DNA of 64,000 nt from an uncultured Actinomycetes bacterium (GTDB taxonomy: Bacteria > Actinomycetota > Thermoleophilia > Solirubrobacterales > 70-9). Under the pieces are notes generated by a model. It was not told where the DNA came from and did no database searches. It saw only the letters and a list, made by a program, of their open reading frames with translations. This document shows positions 56,584 to 64,000 of this stretch, in pieces (position 1 is the first letter of the stretch; each line of letters opens with the position of its first letter). The stretch lies in the NCBI GenBank assembly GCA_963798705.1, contig CAWCTW010000003.1:214847-278846 (forward strand). The letters run 5' to 3'. The position numbers and the translations under genes were made by a program.

Positions 56584-57615
56584 TCAGCCGACCACGGGAA
56601 TGCGACGCTCGGCCGCGAGCGTGTCGAGCGTCGCCTGCATGACCCGCGTGATGTGGTCGTAGACCTCGTTCAGGTCCGGCTCGTCGCCGAACTGCTCGCG
56701 AACGTGGATGGGCTCGAGCACCTCCACGGTGATCTTGGCCGGTAGGGGGATGTGGCCCAGGAAATCGCCCAGGTTCAGGCCCCAGGGCGCCGCGATCGAG
56801 ATCGGAAGCACCTTCAGCCTGAAGAGCCGGTCGAGTTGCAGGAGCTGGGCGAGCCATGCCCCGCGGCTGAGAAAGAGCGCGGTCTCCTGGCCGCCGATCG
56901 CGACGACCGGGACGATCGGGACGCCGGCGTCGAGCGCCAAGCGGATGAAACCCTTGCGGCCGGCGAAATCCACTCGATTTCGCTCCCAGCTCGGGCGGTG
57001 CACCTCCCAGTCGCCGCCGGGGTAGACGAGGAGCGCGGCCCCGGAGTCCAGGGCGGCGCGAGAGTTCTCGTGCGAGGCGGCCACCGTCCCGCCGCTTCGC
57101 AGGAGGCGGGCGTACGGCGAAGCCATTACGAGGTTGTGGGCAAGCTGGTGAAAGTGTCGTTCCACCCCGAAGTAGGTCGAGAAGGCGAGGGTGAGGACGA
57201 ACGTGTCGGGGGTCATGTTGCCGCCGGAGTGGTTGCCCACCATCAGCACGGGCCCCTCCTCCGGGATGTTGCCGAGGTCGCGGACCTCGCCGCGAAACCA
57301 GAAGCTCGAGATCAGCCACAGCAGCGGAAGCTGCTCCCGGAGGTGATCGGGATCGCGATCGTCGAGATCCGCCGACAGGCGGTTGCGCAGCTCGTGCGCC
57401 GCGCGGGATGCGGCGCCGGCCGAGGCGTCCCGCCCCGCCTCGGCAAGCGCTCCAGCCAGGCGCCGGCCAGCGCGGGTGAACTCGCCGGTCGCCTTCGCCA
57501 GCCCGCCGCCGACCCGCCCGATGTCGCCGATCGATCCCAGCCGACCGCGCAGGGACCCGTCGGCCCCTCCGCCGTTTTGCTTCGCGCGCTCGGAGATCGT
57601 CTGCTCGTCGGCCAT
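56584..57615 (-). CDS. lysophospholipid acyltransferase (LPLAT superfamily), paralogue of 8181..9155
   Basis: LMVGNHSGGNMTPD, LLVYPGGDWE, IPLPAKITVEVLEPI (compare IPLPSKWRIEFCEPI in the other copy). Confidence 0.8.
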   Translation of the reverse strand: MADEQTISERAKQNGGGADGSLRGRLGSIGDIGRVGGGLAKATGEFTRAGRRLAGALAEAGRDASAGAASRAAHELRNRLSADLDDRDPDHLREQLPLLWLISSFWFRGEVRDLGNIPEEGPVLMVGNHSGGNMTPDTFVLTLAFSTYFGVERHFHQLAHNLVMASPYARLLRSGGTVAASHENSRAALDSGAALLVYPGGDWEVHRPSWERNRVDFAGRKGFIRLALDAGVPIVPVVAIGGQETALFLSRGAWLAQLLQLDRLFRLKVLPISIAAPWGLNLGDFLGHIPLPAKITVEVLEPIHVREQFGDEPDLNEVYDHITRVMQATLDTLAAERRIPVVG

Positions 57616-57711
57616 CGGAGGCCGATTCTACGGGGAGCCGTGGGTGCGGCTCAGCTAGTGGTACCTCTCACAACGTCTGACCGGAAATGACGAACGTCAT
57701 GAGAGGCACCA

Positions 57712-58992
57712 CTAGGCCGCGCGGCGTGAGGTCGTCTCGGCCATCGCGGCGATCTGGTCGCGGATGAGTCCGTTGGTGCGTTCGGCCAGCTCGACCTGCG
57801 GTACGTGGCCGCACTCCGGCAGCACGACCTGGCGCGAGGTGGGCAGTGCATCGGCCACGTGTCGCGAGAACGCCGCCGGAACCAGTCGGTCCTGCTCTCC
57901 CCACACGAAGAGGGATGGCGGCCGGAGCTCCGCCAGCCGCGTCCAGAGGCCTCGCTTGCCATGCGGCGCGTCCAGGTAGATGTTGCGGAGGGCGGCAAAG
58001 AAGGCGATTCGCGCGGTGCGCGACCGATAGGTGCGGCAGAACTCGTCGGCGGCGACGTCGGCGGCGGCCGGGTCGAGGCGCTCCGGTCGGGCGAACAGGC
58101 CCCAGAAGTAGGCTCGCACGCGCGCCGCGCGGATCGGGTGGGGGATCGCGGCCAGCTCCGGCCGCACCAGCTTGACCAGTGGGACCAGCTCGCGGCGCTT
58201 GCGGAACGCGAGCGCGGGCGCGAGCAGGCTCACGGTGAGCGCCCGGTCGGGATCGGCGAGCGCGACCTCCAGGGCGATTCTGCCGCCCATGGAGTTGCCC
58301 ACGAGATGGGCCCGGTCGAGGCCCATGGCGTCCATGTACCCGAGCACCGCCCGTGAGAAGTAGCGCGAGTCGTAGCCCGCTCGTGCGGGCTTCGACGACG
58401 CGCCGAAACCCGGCAGGTCGATCGCGTGGACGGTGTGGTCGGGCGTCAGGGCGGAGACGGTCTGGAAGAACGACGCCTTGTTGGAGCCGAGCCCGTGCAG
58501 GCAGATCACGTGCTCCGTCCCCTCGCCGGAGACGAGGCTGCGGACCTTCGCCCCCGGGATCTCCACGTCGGTCACGCGCAGGAGCGGAGGACGGTCGCCG
58601 GGCAGGCGGAACAGGCCCTCGAAGCCGAGCGCCAGATCGAGGTCGCCGCGGGCGTAGAGGCGACGCTGGGCGAAGGCGTCGAGCCCGGAAAGGCGCCCTT
58701 CGCGAAGGCCGATCCAGGTCGCGGCGTCGCTTCCGATCACGACGTCCGGATCCCGGGTGGGCGAGGGCCTGACCTGGCAGCGCTCCCCGCACGCCCGCAC
58801 CTCCCAGGTGCGCCCCACGTCGCCGAGGCGCACCTGGAACGTGGCATCGAAGTCCGCGTCCGCCCCCTGGTAGCGGGACGGCAGGGACCGGAAGGCCTCC
58901 TCCACGCGGCGGACCCGCTGCCCGTGGAGTGAGATGCTCGGTCCGCCGGTGGCGTGCCCCGACGGAGCCCGCCTTCGCGTTCCCTCACTCAT
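57712..58992 (-). CDS. SCP2 domain fused to alpha/beta hydrolase (start uncertain)
   Basis: N-terminal SCP2-like region (ATFQVRLGDVGRTWEVR.., DAFAQRRLYARGDLDLALGFEGLF). Hydrolase motifs are ICLHGLGSN and the nucleophile elbow GNSMGG. The first 25 codons of the 451-aa ORF have poor G/C3. Confidence 0.75.
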   Translation of the reverse strand: MSEGTRRRAPSGHATGGPSISLHGQRVRRVEEAFRSLPSRYQGADADFDATFQVRLGDVGRTWEVRACGERCQVRPSPTRDPDVVIGSDAATWIGLREGRLSGLDAFAQRRLYARGDLDLALGFEGLFRLPGDRPPLLRVTDVEIPGAKVRSLVSGEGTEHVICLHGLGSNKASFFQTVSALTPDHTVHAIDLPGFGASSKPARAGYDSRYFSRAVLGYMDAMGLDRAHLVGNSMGGRIALEVALADPDRALTVSLLAPALAFRKRRELVPLVKLVRPELAAIPHPIRAARVRAYFWGLFARPERLDPAAADVAADEFCRTYRSRTARIAFFAALRNIYLDAPHGKRGLWTRLAELRPPSLFVWGEQDRLVPAAFSRHVADALPTSRQVVLPECGHVPQVELAERTNGLIRDQIAAMAETTSRRAA

Positions 58993-59073
58993 CGACGCGC
59001 GGGACGTTATCCGTCGCGGTGGTCGCAAGAGCATTCCGCCCCGCTGCCTTCCCGCAAATAGCATCAACTATCC

Positions 59074-60441
59074 ATGCGCGAGGTGCGGATCACGGACACG
59101 TTGAGCGGTGAGGCGCGGGCCCTCGCCCCACGGGACCCGCCGAATGTGGGCATCTACGCCTGCGGCCCCACGGTGTATTCGCGTGTTCACGTCGGCAACG
59201 CGCGCCCGTTCGTCATCTCGATCCTGCTGCGCCGGCTGCTTCGCCGGCTCGGCTACGACCCTCGGCTTGTGATCAACGTCACCGACATCAACGACAAGAT
59301 CTATGCGGCGGCCCGTGAGGCGGGTGCGACCTCGGACCGCTTCGCGGCGGAGATGACACGGGCGTACGTGGAGGACACGGACCGCCTTGGCCTGGGGCGC
59401 CCCGATGCCGAACCGCTCGCCTCGGGCACGATGCCCGAGATCGTCGAGCTGATCGAGGCGCTGATCGCCTCCGGCCACGCGTACGAGAGCGGGGGGGACG
59501 TTTACTTCCGGGTCCGGAGCTTCCCGGCCTACGGCAAGCTCTCCAATCGCGATCCGGAGGAGATGGACCAGGGGGAGGAGGCGGGCACGGCGAGCCTCAA
59601 GGAGGATCCCCTCGACTTCGCCCTGTGGAAGGCCCGCAAGCCCGACGAGGACACCGGCTGGCCGTCGCCGTGGGGCGAGGGACGGCCGGGCTGGCACATC
59701 GAGTGCTCGGCGATGGGCGAGAAGATCCTCGGCGCCGACTTCGACATCCACAGCGGCGGGGTGGACCTGATCTTTCCCCACCACGAGAACGAGATCGCCC
59801 AGACCGAGGCCGCGCGTGGGGTGCCGCTGGCGCGCCTGTGGATGCACAACGGGATGGTCCGGATGGCCGACGAGAAGATGTCGAAGTCGGTCGGCAACAT
59901 CTTCCAGCTCTCCGAGGCGTTGGACCGCTACGGCCGCGACGCGGTGGTGGCCTACCTGATCTCGGGGCACTACCGTCAGCCGCTCGAGTTCTCCGACCGG
60001 GCGCTTGCCGAGGCCGAGGCGCGGGTGAACCGGATCCGCAACTTCGCGCTCGAGCTGCCGCAGGACGACGGCGACGCGGAGCCCGACGCCGCGGCCACGG
60101 CATGGCGGGCGGACTTCCTGGACGCCCTGGCCGACGACTTCAACACGCCCCGGGCGCTGGCGATCCTCTCCGACCTGATCTCTGAGGGCAACCGGCGCGA
60201 GCTTCCGGGCGCCAGGGCGGCGCTGGAGGAGATGCTGCCGCTGCTGGGGCTGGAGCCGTTGCTGGCGCCCCCCGAGGCGGCGGACCCCGAGGCGGAGCGG
60301 CTGCTCGCCGCGCGCGAGGAGGCGCGGGCGGCTCGCGACTTCGAGCGCGCGGACCGGCTGCGCGAGGAGCTCGCCGAGCGCGGCTACGAGGTGCGCGACA
60401 CGCCCGGCGGCGCCCGGCTCGTCCGGCGTGAGGGCGGCTGA
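59074..60441 (+). CDS. cysS: cysteine--tRNA ligase
   Basis: HVGNAR (HIGH), KMSKS. Confidence 0.96.
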   Translation: MREVRITDTLSGEARALAPRDPPNVGIYACGPTVYSRVHVGNARPFVISILLRRLLRRLGYDPRLVINVTDINDKIYAAAREAGATSDRFAAEMTRAYVEDTDRLGLGRPDAEPLASGTMPEIVELIEALIASGHAYESGGDVYFRVRSFPAYGKLSNRDPEEMDQGEEAGTASLKEDPLDFALWKARKPDEDTGWPSPWGEGRPGWHIECSAMGEKILGADFDIHSGGVDLIFPHHENEIAQTEAARGVPLARLWMHNGMVRMADEKMSKSVGNIFQLSEALDRYGRDAVVAYLISGHYRQPLEFSDRALAEAEARVNRIRNFALELPQDDGDAEPDAAATAWRADFLDALADDFNTPRALAILSDLISEGNRRELPGARAALEEMLPLLGLEPLLAPPEAADPEAERLLAAREEARAARDFERADRLREELAERGYEVRDTPGGARLVRREGG

Positions 60442-61129
60442 TCGGGTGTCGGCGAAGGGAGAGGGCAGGAGCGAGGTCGTGTACGGGCGCCGTCCGGTCG
60501 CCGAGGCCCAACGGGGACGTCGGCGGGTGCACCGGGTGTGGACGGGATCCGACCTCCCGCCGCCGGAGCTCACCCGCCTGGCCGGCTCGCCTGATCACCA
60601 GGGGATGGTCGCGGAGGTCGACCCGTATCCCTACGCGGACCCGAGGGCGCTGCTTGCGCCGCCCGACGGGCTGCTGGTGGCGCTCGATCAGATCCAGGAC
60701 CCGCGGAACCTCGGAGCCGTGTGCCGCTCGGCGGAGGCCGCGGGGGCGGCGGGGGTGGTCATCCCGTCACGGCGATCCGCCGCGGTCACGGCGGCCGCCT
60801 GCAAGGCGTCTGCCGGCGCCGTCGAGCACCTTCCGGTAGCGCGGGTGCCGAATCTCGCCGATTGGCTGGGGCTGGCCAAGGAGGCCGGCGCGTGGGTGTA
60901 CGGCGCGCGGTCCGGTGCTGCCACGCCGTACGCGAGCGCCGACCTGACCGGCAAGGTCGTCCTGGTATTGGGCAGCGAGGGGGGAGGCCTGCGCCGGCGG
61001 GTGGCGGAGAGCTGCGATCTCCTCGTCTCGATCCCCATCCGCGGCAGCGTCCAGTCGCTGAACGTCTCGGCCGCCGCGGCGGTGCTGCTGTTCGAGGCGG
61101 CCAGGCAGCGGGACGGCGGGAACGGGTAG
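60428..61129 (+). CDS. rlmB: 23S rRNA (guanosine-2'-O)-methyltransferase RlmB-like SpoU/TrmH enzyme
   Basis: VYGRRPVAEA, DQIQDPRNLGAVCRSAEAAG, LVLGSEGGGL, IPIRGSVQSLNVSAAAAVLLFE. It overlaps the cysS end; the start is uncertain. Confidence 0.85.
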   Translation: MRAADRVSAKGEGRSEVVYGRRPVAEAQRGRRRVHRVWTGSDLPPPELTRLAGSPDHQGMVAEVDPYPYADPRALLAPPDGLLVALDQIQDPRNLGAVCRSAEAAGAAGVVIPSRRSAAVTAAACKASAGAVEHLPVARVPNLADWLGLAKEAGAWVYGARSGAATPYASADLTGKVVLVLGSEGGGLRRRVAESCDLLVSIPIRGSVQSLNVSAAAAVLLFEAARQRDGGNG

Positions 61130-61189
61130 CAGGAGCCGCGGACGGAAGCCCGCATTCTGCAACCGATCTTGCGCGCCGGGGCGAGCGGG

Positions 61190-61219
61190 TTGACAGAAGA
61201 ATGTCCAGGCGGTTAGAGT
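61190..61219 (+). promoter_or_regulatory. sigma-70-type promoter candidate for the sigH-like gene
   Basis: TTGACA (61190-61195), an 18-nt spacer, then TAGAGT (61214-61219). The ~115-nt leader has two stems (AAGGGTTA/TAACCCTT, GGCGCCC/GGGCGCC). Confidence 0.55.
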
Positions 61220-61336
61220 CACGCACATAAGGGTTAACTAAAGGTCGAGCTTAGGCCTGCCGATAACCCTTCAAAGGAGAGGGCGCCCAGGGGAGGTACG
61301 GGCGCCACCGGTTCCCAATCCAATAGGAGGAAACCT

Positions 61337-62035
61337 GTGGCCGTACCGACCCCTACGCAAGATCTGGCTGCCGTTGCGCCCGCCGCCCAGGCCGCGACAG
61401 CCCGCCGTTCCGAAGCTCAACCTGAGCTTGAGGATTCGTATCTGGTCGCGCTCGCAAAGCGCGGCAGTCCGGACGCCTACGACCGGATCGTCAAGCGCTA
61501 CCGGGGCTTCGTGCGTCTCAAGGCGTCGTCCTACTTCCTGCTCGGCGGGGACCCGGACGACCTGATCCAGGAGGGCCTGCTGGGCCTCTACAAGGCGATC
61601 CGCGATTTCCGGTCCGACCGCGAATCGAGCTTCCGGAACTTCGCGGAGCTTTGCATCACGCGCCAGATCATCACCGCCGTGAAGACCGCCAGCCGCAACA
61701 AGCACGCACCGCTGAACCAGTACGTGTCGTTCGCCCAGGCGCCGGCCGGCGCATCGGAGTCAGAGACGACCCTCGAGGAGGTCCTGCCGGGCCCCGGGAG
61801 CGAGGACCCGTCGGAGCGGGTGATCGCGACCGAGGAGCTCCAGAGCCTGGTCTCGTGCCTGTCGAGCGTCCTGTCGGAGCTCGAGAGCCAGGTCCTGAGC
61901 CGCTACCTCGACGGCCACTCCTACGAGCGGATCGGCGAGCGGCTCGAGTGCGACACGAAGACGGTCGACAATGCCCTGCAGCGGGTGAAGCGCAAGGTGA
62001 GCCTGCACCTGGCCTCGCGCGAAGCGACGTTCTAG
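61337..62035 (+). CDS. sigH: RNA polymerase sigma factor, Bacillus SigH (Spo0H) type
   Basis: GTG 6 nt after AGGAGG. Strings near-identical to B. subtilis SigH as I recall it are FAELCITRQIITAVKTASRNKHAPLNQYVS, LSELESQVLSRYLDGHSYERI and VDNALQRVKRKV. Confidence 0.85.
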   Translation: MAVPTPTQDLAAVAPAAQAATARRSEAQPELEDSYLVALAKRGSPDAYDRIVKRYRGFVRLKASSYFLLGGDPDDLIQEGLLGLYKAIRDFRSDRESSFRNFAELCITRQIITAVKTASRNKHAPLNQYVSFAQAPAGASESETTLEEVLPGPGSEDPSERVIATEELQSLVSCLSSVLSELESQVLSRYLDGHSYERIGERLECDTKTVDNALQRVKRKVSLHLASREATF

Positions 62036-62137
62036 CGGCCCTCCCCGCGATCGAAGGGTTCGTTTGGCGGGCTCAGCCCGACAAATGCACCACTCGGAGT
62101 CCAGCGAGGCGAATCTATGCTGTGCGGGGACTGAGTT

Positions 62138-62210
62138 GCCCGCCTAGCTCAATTGGCAGAGCACCTCACTTGTAATGAGGAGATTCCCGGTTCGAGTCCG
62201 GGGGCGGGCT
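62138..62210 (+). tRNA. tRNA-Thr (anticodon TGT)
   Basis: Manual cloverleaf: acceptor GCCCGCC/GGCGGGC, D-stem GCTC/GAGC, anticodon stem CCTCA/TGAGG with loop CT-TGT-AA, and T-arm CCCGG-TTCGAGT-CCGGG. No encoded CCA. Confidence 0.93.
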
Positions 62211-62216
62211 CTGGAG

Positions 62217-63227
62217 ATGGCCGAGCGCGACTTCACCTGGCGTGATGCCGAGCGGACGATCGTGTTTCGCCCCGGGGCGCTGGCGGAGTCGTCGGAGATC
62301 CTCGCCGACGGGGTCTGGGAGCGCTTCGAGCTCCTGACCACGACCCGCGCTCTCGGCGCCGCTCCGTTGGAGCTCGCCGAGCGGGCCGCGAGCGTCCACC
62401 AGGTCGGGCCCGGCGAGGTGCCTCACGTCGCTGCGGCGATCATCGAGTCGGTGCGGAACCCGACGCTGGTGGCGCTCGGGGGTGGGCGCGTGATCGACGT
62501 CGCCAAGGCGATCGCCGCCGTGCGCGGCGGGCTCGTCTGCGCGATCCCGACCACGCTCTCGGGAGCCGAGATGACGCGCATACACCGACTCCCCGCCGGG
62601 CGCGAGCCCTACGCGCGGCGCCGCGTCCGCCCCTCGCTCGTGATCGCCGATCCGTTCGAGATGACCACCCTGGACGACCGGAGCCTGCGTGCCAGCGCGA
62701 TGAACGCTCTCGCGCACGGGGCCGAGGCGCTCTACGTGCCGCTCGCCAACCCCGTGGCCTCGCTGGCGGCGCTGCGCGGCGCCGAGCTCATGGCGACCGC
62801 CCTCGACGAGGAGCCCGGGGCGCGGGACCGGGGGGCGCTGGGGCTCGGGTCGCTCCTCTGTGCCTACGCGCTCGACACCACGGGATACGCGCTGCACCAC
62901 GTCGTCTGCCAGACGCTCGTGCGGACCGTTGGTACGCCCCACGCCGAGACCAACGCGACGATGCTCCCCCGGACGATGGAGATGATGCGCTCTCGGGTGC
63001 CGGAGGAGATCGCGGCGTTGGCCCATGCGCTGGGATCGGAGCCGGCCGAGATCCGCCGCCGGATCGAGTCCCTCGGAGGGGGGACGCGGCGGCTCCGTGA
63101 CCTCGGCGGCAACGAGCATCGCCTGCAAGCGGCCCGCAAGGCGATGCTGGAGCGCACCGAGCTCGCGAACACGCCCGACCCACCCGGTCCCGAGGAGCTG
63201 CGTCGCCTCCTCGAGGAAGCCTGGTAG
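62217..63227 (+). CDS. iron-containing alcohol dehydrogenase family protein (maleylacetate reductase-like)
   Basis: The ATG lies 7 nt after the tRNA. Motif GGGRVIDVAKAIA and a length of ~336 aa. Confidence 0.75.
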   Translation: MAERDFTWRDAERTIVFRPGALAESSEILADGVWERFELLTTTRALGAAPLELAERAASVHQVGPGEVPHVAAAIIESVRNPTLVALGGGRVIDVAKAIAAVRGGLVCAIPTTLSGAEMTRIHRLPAGREPYARRRVRPSLVIADPFEMTTLDDRSLRASAMNALAHGAEALYVPLANPVASLAALRGAELMATALDEEPGARDRGALGLGSLLCAYALDTTGYALHHVVCQTLVRTVGTPHAETNATMLPRTMEMMRSRVPEEIAALAHALGSEPAEIRRRIESLGGGTRRLRDLGGNEHRLQAARKAMLERTELANTPDPPGPEELRRLLEEAW

Positions 63228-63298
63228 GTCTCGCAGGCCACGGTGCGATCGCGAGCCCTTCTGCGTGTAAGTAACGCAGGGTGCGCGAGCGTGTAGGC

Positions 63299-64000
63299 AT
63301 GGGCATGGACGAGGGCTCCCGCAGGTCGGCGCCGCCGCGCTCCGATCGCGTGATCAGCGAGGAGCGGTTTCGGCGCTACCACGAGTACGCTCGCCGGCAC
63401 GGGGTCAACCGGCTGATCTACACGGCCGCGCGGGCCATGCTCCAACCCGCGTTTTGGATCTGGCTGCGGCTGTCGAAGACCGGCCGCGAGCATTTCCGCG
63501 GCATCGAAGGCGGGCTGATCGTCGCGTCGAATCACCGGAGCTTCCTGGACCCGTTCGTGATCGGCGCGTCGCTTCCATGGCGGCGCCCGATGCAGTACGT
63601 CGCCAAGGTCGAGCTCTTCGAGCGCCGATGGCAGGGGTGGATCCTCTCGCGCGTCGGTGCCTTCCCCATCCGGCGAGGGCAGTCCGACGAGACCGCGATG
63701 GAAACCGCTGCCGTCGTCCTCGACCGCAGTGGGACGATCTGCATCTTCCCGGAGGGCACGCGCATCCGGTCCGGCTCGCTCGCCACACCGCGCCGCGGCG
63801 TCGGGCGCCTGGCGCTGGAGACGGGCGCTTCGGTCGTGCCGGTCGCGGTTCATGGCTCCGAGCGCGTTCGCCGCGGCGTGCGCATCCGGCCACGCAAGGT
63901 GAAGCTCCGCGTGGGGCGCCCGATGAGGTTCCCGCGCACCGAGCACCCGTCGCCCGGGCTCGCCGCGACCGTCACGGCTCGCATCTGGCCGAACATCGAG
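63299..64000 (+). CDS. plsC: 1-acyl-sn-glycerol-3-phosphate acyltransferase (PlsC family), 3' end outside window
   Basis: This is my own translation, because the frame has no stop before the window end. Motifs are VASNHRSFLDP, FPEGTR and VVPVAVHG. The start is ATG 63299 or GTG 63281. Confidence 0.8.
   Translation, partial: MGMDEGSRRSAPPRSDRVISEERFRRYHEYARRHGVNRLIYTAARAMLQPAFWIWLRLSKTGREHFRGIEGGLIVASNHRSFLDPFVIGASLPWRRPMQYVAKVELFERRWQGWILSRVGAFPIRRGQSDETAMETAAVVLDRSGTICIFPEGTRIRSGSLATPRRGVGRLALETGASVVPVAVHGSERVRRGVRIRPRKVKLRVGRPMRFPRTEHPSPGLAATVTARIWPNIE

Noticed and set aside
62138-63300. An integrative element inserted at tRNA-Thr.
   Set aside because: No integrase, excisionase or repeat of the tRNA 3' end is seen downstream. 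The flanking genes are ordinary metabolic genes with native-looking codon bias.

Overview
This is a very GC-rich bacterial chromosomal segment with strong G/C bias at codon position 3. Many long antisense shadow ORFs in the six-frame track were ignored. Gene content and order indicate an actinobacterium-like lineage; a deep-branching Thermoleophilia/Rubrobacteria-type organism is only a guess. The window carries a conserved housekeeping backbone: tilS-hpt-ftsH, folP-folB-folK, coaX-dus, greA-lysS, clpC, radA-disA-carD-ispD ... ispF, and cysS-rlmB. This is followed by a Bacillus Spo0H-type sigma factor gene and tRNA-Thr(UGU). I call about 65 protein-coding genes and one tRNA. I see no rRNA, CRISPR array, transposase, integrase or phage genes. 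Accessory blocks sit between backbone genes. At 3.4-11.2 kb there is a large multi-domain cell-wall hydrolase, an epimerase/acyltransferase/SCP2 lipid module and an HTH-adenylate cyclase. At 26.8-44.4 kb there are arsR/MFS, a liv-type ABC transporter, ilvA, tyrosine catabolism (hppD-hmgA-FAH), an Lrp-coupled permuted ATP-grasp + DUF455 pair and an M32 peptidase. At 48.5-52.0 kb membrane-protein genes split ispD from ispF. At 52.5-59.1 kb there are an MFS gene, an acyl-CoA ligase and a second acyltransferase/SCP2/SRPBCC lipid module. The items most worth a second look are these: (1) the lrp / ATP-grasp / DUF455 operon, which has no known function; (2) carD, and probably ispD, lacking any canonical start codon, with an ATT behind a perfect Shine-Dalgarno for carD; (3) a five-part peptidoglycan hydrolase with a degenerate LytM domain; (4) a Spo0H-type sigma factor in an actinobacterial context; (5) riboswitch-like intergenic elements and a REP-like hairpin, each present in two copies. 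All functional calls rest on motif recognition by eye, and no database search was run.
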